Source: Azolla caroliniana (taxonomy: Eukaryota > Plantae > Polypodiophyta). From it: a DNA stretch of 64,000 bases. The stretch spans positions 2,542,001 through 2,606,000 of the forward strand of contig JBHGNT010000005.1 in the NCBI GenBank assembly GCA_043228905.1. Direction: 5' to 3'. Shown piece after piece: positions 56,338-64,000 of this stretch. The position numbers and the translations under genes were made by a program. Positions within the stretch are counted from its first letter, which is position 1, and each line of letters opens with the position of its first letter. Below the pieces are notes generated by a model. The model was not told the origin of the DNA. It searched no databases and saw nothing but the letters and a program-made list of their open reading frames with translations.

Positions 56338-59300
56338 ATGGGCACAGGAGAGATGGGGGGTGCAACAAAAACTACAAAAACCTTCTCAAACGCCCAGGTA
56401 ACTAAAAAAAGTCATTTAGTGAGTAAAAGCCACTGAAATCTTTAAGATCACTAAACCCACAACCACCATCATTATCATCATGTTTAGCTTTCGAATAATG
56501 TTTTTTTGGTTTAAAATTTTACCATTATTGAAGTTTCTGTATGTGGTAATAGGAGCAACAACAACCTTCAGCAACAAGTAGTAATAGTGTTACTCCGATG
56601 ACATATCCAGAATGGGCAGCTGCTATGCAAGTCTGTCTTCTCTCTCATTAAACAACATTTCAAGTAGAAACTTTATGATCAATTTTCTTTCATGAACACA
56701 TAGTTGTTTTTATGTGTCTTGAGATTGAGTACAGAGATCCGTCATGGCATAGCTCTTTTTATTTGTCTTAGATAAAGTCGAAGAACTTTTGGAATATGAT
56801 TTGAGGATGATATTTTTCACTCGTTATAATATAATTCCTTTGTTATGTAACTTTTGTAGGCATATTATGGATCAGCTGCTCCTTCAGGCTATTTCTCTTC
56901 AACTGTTGGATCAGGCCCTCAGCCTCACCCTTACATGTGGGGTGCTCAGGTTATATATATGTATATATACATAATGTTTTCATGCATGAAGAGTGTTATC
57001 AGCCCATTCACATGGATTTTATATACTTCATGCATGCATGCATGCATACATTCATCTATATCCAGGCATATATGCGTGGTTATATATGCTTACATGTGTG
57101 GAGAGTTCAAATTGTGTCTCATCTTTGCCTATTCACATGTCTTATGTTGATAAATCATATTTCTATGAACAGCCTATGATGCCTCCATATGGCACTCCCC
57201 CATATGCAGCTATGTACCCTCATGGCGGAATGTATGCTCATCCATCAATGGCACATGTACGTGAAGTCATTCTCATTTGGGTTGCTTTCAAACCTTTAAA
57301 GGACCAAGTAAATAACAGATTAATAATATATTCTCATTGTGTTTATTAAAGCAGGGAGCTCATCCATATGGCCCATATGTCATCCCTGCCGGAAACACAA
57401 ATGATGCTCAAGGAGTATGTATAGTTCTTTACCGTTAACATTTTTTGAGAAACATTTCATCGCATTTGTCAATCCAATTCTCCTTTAATAAAGGACATGT
57501 GGAACTATGCATAATTATTTACCCTTTCATTGAAGTAAAATAACATGGTATTACACATAGCTACTTATGTTTTTTTTAAATGAAAGCACGCGATATTTAG
57601 CAATCCTGTTCTGCGTTTTATTAAATTACATGTGAAAAACTTTCTAGAAGGCAACAGCTGATGGTGGCGATGCAGAGAGGAAATCAGGGGATGGCGGAAA
57701 AGCATCAAAAAGCTCAATGAAAATTTCCAAAGGTAGTTTAGGAAGCCTCAGCATGATGACTGTCAAAGACAATAACACTAGTGGAAAAGATGGAAATACC
57801 AGATTCTCACAAAGGTACCCTTTCTTAACTTACGAGCTGGACCTCCAATGTTTTTTATGATCTCTTCTATATCGATTTTGTTAAAGATCTGTCATAATCG
57901 GGTTCAGTTACCTATGTTCATTTATTACATATAGACATGATACTAGTGGGAGTGAAGGCTCAACAGATGGGAGTGATGAGAATTCTCAATATGTATGCAT
58001 CTCTAATCATTTTAAGTTCTTAATTACGTTTACTTATTAGGTTCTAACAACCTTATATGACAAAAATTACAACCCAGGTTTCTGATACGGGGTGCAAACG
58101 AAATACCGATCATGTCTCATCTGAAGGTATAGAAAAAAGATAAATTGTATCAATTCTTTTTCAACTCAACAGAACAATTATGCGCTCATGATCTTTACTT
58201 ACATTTGTTTTAAGCTGGGTTACTACCCTACCTTTTTTATTAAGGACATAATATGATAAATTTGCGTTATCTTAGTGGGGGTTTGCAGCAACCAAGGGCA
58301 ACTGTTAATGTACAAAACCTATAGAAAATTTGGGTTGTTTTTCCTTCCAATCGCACAGTAAAAAATTCACATAATTCTTTGTCCTTGTATTTTTGTAAAT
58401 TCAGTGGCAAATTCAACATGCTATGGTAGTGGGAAAGACACAGACCAACAAGGAACCATACCCGTGCATCCAATATCAATCGGTGGGAAGCAAGGTGTGG
58501 GGGCAGGCCCTCTGACAAACCTCAATATTGGCATGGACTATTGGAGTGGAGGGGCTCCATCAATTTTAGCGAATGGGCGGGGACATCGGGTTCCATCCTC
58601 AACTATCATTCCTTCAGGTGTCAGTGGTGACTTGTGGCCACAGGTGCTCTTCAACATCCCATTGTTAAGAGATCAGTAGTTCCCCAATCCCTTCATATAT
58701 ACATTTCTTTAATATGTTTACCCCTAGGCAAACTAAAACTCTGTAACCCTATATCGTGTGAGAATTATTATGTATTTTACGTACTTTATTTAGTCTGAAT
58801 TTATGAGTATGTGTTGATTTTCATAAAGGTGAAAGTATTGGTAGTCTCCCAACTAGTCCCTTCATATATACTGAATTTTGTATGTTTAAGTGTTAGAGTG
58901 GGGGATTCACTTTCAATGATGTAAAGTAGCTCAAATTTTGCGACTGACGTGTCCTTTCCCTCATGGGTAAGAGAGCGCAACCCATGATACATGTATCCAA
59001 AGGTGTGGAAGACATCTTGCATAGTGGGGAAGTCATTTTGAATGATTAGGTGTTGTGGATTTGTGAGTGTGTGCCCAGCTTCCCAGTAATACTTTCTCGA
59101 TTTTTAAAAACTGTAGGATGAAAGGGAACTAAAGAAACAAAGGCGAAAGCAATCAAATCGTGAGTCGGCTCGACGGTCCAGATTAAGAAAACAGGTATTT
59201 TAGAAGAAAGCATCACTAAATTTGCTAGCTTTAGTAAACAACCAAATCAGTAACCCGGTATTTGTTTTGTAAATTTCAGGCTGAATGTGGGGAGCTGGCA

Positions 59301-59554
59301 TCTAGAGTTGCAACCCTGACTGATGAGAATGTGACATTACGAGGTGAACTAGCAAGGATAACTGAACAATGCAACAAGCTTTCCGCAAACAACAGTTCAT
59401 TATTGGTAAGATCCATAAGACTATATATAAGATGCCTCATTCACAGCATCGAGTGCCTAATTGTAAAGCCAGTTACCAGGAATATAATTTCATGGTTTGG
59501 TTTCTGTAGGAGCAAATGCGAAGGCGTCGTGGTATACATCGCGAACACGATTAA
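56338..59554 (+). CDS. Group-G bZIP transcription factor (G-box binding factor, GBF/bZIP16-like), about 376 aa
   Basis: 12 in-phase GT-AG exons: 56338-56397, 56553-56630, 56860-56949, 57173-57256, 57355-57414, 57651-57814, 57935-57992, 58078-58126, 58405-58643, 59117-59194, 59280-59405 and 59510-59554. Motifs [55 protein letters not shown] and [29 protein letters not shown] plus a leucine zipper. Confidence 0.95.
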
Positions 59555-60990
59555 ATTTCATGACTTGGTTTCTATATAGAAGTAAATGCAATGGCATGGT
59601 GGTATACATCATGATTATGTGAGAAAAATCAAGGCACAACAAAACCAAAGCCATTCAACAAGAGGAGTGTAAGGAGTGAGTGAAAAGAAGGTTTGCAAAC
59701 TGATGGCGAATGTTTCCAAAGGGAGGCTGGAGAAGCCAATAATGGATACTCTCACAATATCAAAAAACCATGGAGGAAACCTCACAGTTTTGGTTTTGAT
59801 TTCTTCTGGTTAGTTTTCACTATATGGGGGGTGGGAACTGTCACTTTTGACTGTCATATAGCCTACAAAACCAGAATAAAAAGCCATATACTAGCGCTTG
59901 CTAATTTACAAGCATCTAATGGCGCAGTCTTGCTAAGTGCATAATACTCCATGCATCATTCATTGTAAAATCCTATTAGATAAGACACCCTTATGCCATA
60001 AGTTACATGGATGTTTTCTGTATCAAAAAGTGTACATTTGTTTTTGAAAATCTCTAATATGAAACTTCTAACCAATTCTATTATTTTTATTAAACACTTG
60101 TTTCAGGGGTATTAAAAACCATAAGATTTAGTTCTCTATCTTTGATGAAACTTTTTGCTACTGAAATATGGACTTTTTCTCATTCCTTGTGTTGATAATT
60201 ATTAAGGTACTGCACTTTACGGTTGCACCTTAATCCATGATGTTGACCTTGACATTTTGACCTAGCTGAGTTTAGCTTTGTACACATAAATACTTGTTTG
60301 TTTCTATCCAAATCATGGGATGAAGTAATTGCACTAATTTACTAGATGGCACTGGGAGGCTTAATTGCACTAATCTACCAAGAGAACCTTGCTGAATGTT
60401 TGTCACTGATTTATCGCATGACATTATATCGAATTTAGGATTTGAACACATGACTTTCTGGTTTTCCATTCCACAGCCTTACTGGTTCAGCTCTCTCAAG
60501 CTAGGATGATGGATATATCGAGCATCCAGCCATAAACTTAGGCTCAATCCTGGCCATGGCTTTGGAACTTCCCCATTAATCGGATGTTGGTCGTTGTGTG
60601 GATGTTTGTTGCATACAAAGATCTTGTGTGCATCCAAAGTACAAAAGTTTCTTGCCACGCTGGCGATTGTGGAATGTGTTTGTGAGGATGTGCTGTCGGC
60701 ATCCAATGGAGCGAGCATGGGTGATGATTGACACGAGGCACCCAAATACTAAAGGAAAAACGAAAAGGACGACGCGTTAAAAAAGAAAAAACAAAAAGAA
60801 GAAGAGAGAGAGTCTACGTGGAGGGAGGAATGGCTTTTTGTTTTTGGGGGGCAGGGTAAAGGTGGGGACGGGGATCCACGTATCACCTTCTTGAGGGCGA
60901 CCGCCTCTTGAGATGGGGGCCATCCGATTCAAAGCACTCACTCCGAATTCAGAGAACCTTCTGTCTGTAGCTGAGCTGGATATATACATC

Positions 60991-60996
<6 letters not shown>

Positions 60997-61089
<93 letters not shown>

Positions 61090-61096
61090 GTATATG
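60997..61096. repeat. (CT)n(TA)n compound microsatellite
   Basis: Directly visible. Confidence 0.95.
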
Positions 61097-63206
61097 TTTG
61101 AAAAAAATTCGAGTGCGCGTGTTATGTTATATACAATACAGAGATGTTGTGTACAGCTGAGCTGGATATATATATAGAGATATATGCATATATATTGCTC
61201 CCCCCGGGGCCCATCGTTTATATGATGCCTCCTTTTTTTCTCCCCCTTTTCTGTTTTCAACAAATCATAGTAATATATTTTTGTTCTACGACTTCTTTTT
61301 TCTATTTCCATTTTAAAATTAGGACAATTCTTTTACTTATTTTTACACACTTCTGTTTTTTAATTTGCATTTTTTACTTATTTTATTTCATTCGGGTTTC
61401 GGAAAAACAATATTGGGATTCCAATACACTTGAAATACGAGCCTTTTATTTTTTCAAGCCAATCTATGTTTCTTATACATATATATTATGTTGCTAATTT
61501 TTAAATATGGCTTCACTTTAAAATCATCTTTTAAAACGTGTGCCACAAACCCTTAATAATGACATTTCAACCAACACCAAATCCTTTTAGTTGATGATCA
61601 TTGATAACCATCTCAACTTAGCTCTCTCCTTCATTCTTACATCATTCTACTTTCAGGGATCACGTCATCTCAATGCAGGCATATATACACCACCACCATA
61701 TGAAAATTTCTTGCTGTATATGTGAGAGAGAAGACATTCATAAGAAACCCTTAGTAGCATTGCCTTTGAAAGATGTGATTTACTAGGAGCTGTTGAGAGG
61801 ATGATTCCTTCATTCAGGTACAACTCTATATGTAAACCAAAGGCTTGTTCCAGCAGCCATGGTACGCTACCATGCACATACTAAGTCAATTCATACTCTG
61901 GGAGTCAGAACCCTGCTTACCTTTGATTATTTCTACACACTTCAAATAGAATTCTACCCTTCTTATGAAGTTAAAAGTTTAAGAACTCTACAACTGAATA
62001 TTTACCCTCGAATTTGTTGTTCAACATAAGTAGGATTGATCTCAATGAAACCCAGCATATTTATCCTAGAAATGTCGTAGAAATGTGATCACTTGCTTTC
62101 TTTATCCTAGATAAGATCACTTGTGGAAAATGCATTTCTGCATTTTTCACAACACCTAAGAAATGCATAACTAATTATGAGAAACTACTGACTGAAGAAA
62201 AGGATGGAGTGGGAATTCTCTGCAGTGTTCCAACCTGGCCTATTATTCACTATTTATATAAATAGATCAGAAAATCAGAGATAAAAAGGGAATCCTAAAA
62301 AACCACCAAAATGTAAACTCTCACCATGAATGGAAATCAAGACTTCGTTCATTAAATTGGATATCCAAACCAAAATACAAATGATGCTTACATACAAGAG
62401 ATACATCAGATAAAGATTTTGCTTCAAAGGGCACCCATACTAATAGGATGAGCATGTCATTCCTTTGAGGTTGGGATTATAAAGCAAACATAAAAAGAAA
62501 CGCCCCAATCATACAAGAGAAACATAAAGTATTCAATATTCCAGAATTTCAAGTTTTTGCTTCACAACTACACGTATTTGTACAACAGATGCAATGCCCT
62601 TTCCTCTTGTCTATAAAGAGATCTAGAGTCATGAATTGGAATAACTACCTCCTGATGGAACTGGAGCACATACTAATAATGGTAATTTCTAGTTGCAAAA
62701 TATTCCAACAGGTTAGCTTAATTTACATATAATATAGCAAATCATGGAAATTGCACGTCTCAGTTGAATATTATGCAAATCCATGACTTGTAGTCAATAT
62801 TCACAGGCAGCTCAATTACATCGAATTTGATTTTGAATAGTTATGAGATTCATATAATAAATCAGTGAGCAAACCAATATGCACTGTTCAGCATTCAAGG
62901 AGTGCTTCAGCTCAAGGCATACTTCTATCTTAAAGGAGTAAGTAAAACTCACAGAAAGATACATACAGTAAGTAAAATAATGCAGCATATTTCTTCATTT
63001 TCAAGGTTACAACCTCAGATACAACAATGCTGTTCCACTTAAGATGGCATGTTTGATTACGTAGTGTGCAGAACTCGATTATATACTTTGCGATACATCA
63101 AAAATAGTCTGCAACCATTATATGCAAAAATAACAAATATCATCAAAACATCACTGAGACTTCTGATAAAATGAGTTACAAAACAAAAAACTTGCAGACT
63201 TATGAT

Positions 63207-63765
63207 CTACTCTACCTGATTAAGAAGCTTTACAACTGCACCTCTTGTGAACTTCCTTGCAAACAAGAAACATGGTCGAAGAGTTTCATTGCTACTGCAC
63301 CACTCTGTTCTGTATTCAGTTTCATAGTAAACTGAAACAATCCTCTATAAAAATAAAAAATAAAGGGAAGTGTTATATTTTTTAGCATCAAATGAAACTA
63401 AAATATACACCAACCATTGATAGCTTCACAATTAAACAAACACTATCAATTCAGTTTGGATCCTTTCATGCCCAATGGTAGGTAAGCATCCAATTACGTT
63501 GATATTACATATCAGTTCAAAGTAAGACAAAATGTGCACATGTACTGTTCAGTATTTTATGAAAATTTTAAGAAGTTTGGATACTTTCATGCACAACGAA
63601 AGTTACGAGAAGGCATACTTTGATACCATCAACCAGCTCTGGACTAGTATCTGAATATGTGAAGGTAACAGGATGCCATCCCTTTCTTTCCTGATCCCTG
63701 GTTGACTGATTCCATAATGTATACGTGACAGTTCTCCTTTCAATCTCACCCTCAAATCCTCTTAT
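63207..63765 (-). CDS. 3' exons of a Core-2/I-branching (GT14-like, DUF266/BC10-like) glycosyltransferase; gene continues off the right edge
   Basis: Exon 63765-63619 reads IRGFEGEIERRTVTYTLWNQS...KGWHPVTFTYSDTSPELVDGIK. Exon 63344-63216 reads RIVSVYYETEYRTEWCSSNETLRPCFLFARKFTRGAVVKLLNQ, then either VE* (63207) or a splice at GT 63215. An upstream donor lies near 63998. Confidence 0.9.
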
Positions 63766-64000
63766 CTGGTCTTTTCCACAAGAAATATCATGTCAACCAG
63801 AATAATTATACCAACAATAACAAAACACTTTTCAATCACTTGGAAGCTCTATCTGTGAATGCACCATCCATCATGTACAATAGACCACGATTCCAAAGCT
63901 AATCGATCTTGCAAAAAGGTATGCTAAACAGCACAAGTTTACATGGATTGCTATACCACATACATGATTTATATTCTGGAGAAAATTCATTGCTTTACCT

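Overview
Eukaryotic land-plant nuclear DNA, probably a fern or other non-seed vascular plant. That placement is inferred from the PPR style, an RTEX-type LINE and a tRNA-Trp-primed Gypsy family, and is not proven. About half the window is nested or degenerate retroelements. From left to right these are: the 5' part of a Tnt1/Tork-like Copia with an open gag-pol; a Gypsy element at 4634-11487 with a tRNA-Trp PBS and an apparent -1 frameshift site after the protease, flanked by a 105-bp tandem array and a half Copia; LINE and chromovirus relics; a solo LTR with a 4-bp TSD; and a full-length Copia (46026-51999, TSD CTCCT) nested in an older Copia. Five host genes are recognisable: a clade-E-like PP2C phosphatase (+, 5 coding exons), a nodulin-like MFS transporter (-, 3 exons), an intronless PLS-E PPR protein (-), a group-G bZIP/G-box-binding factor (+, 12 coding exons) and the 3' exons of a GT14-like/DUF266 glycosyltransferase (-). 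The best leads are the Trp-primed Gypsy family (GGAUUUU slippery site, NCGT junctions), a small insertion carrying two convergent tRNA-like heads inside a (GA)n tract, duplicated polypurine tracts in three Copia elements, an RTEX LINE about 13 bp from the MFS start codon, a possible antisense leader over the PP2C 3' end, and a G-box cluster in the promoter of the G-box-binding factor. Everything was read by eye; no searches were run.
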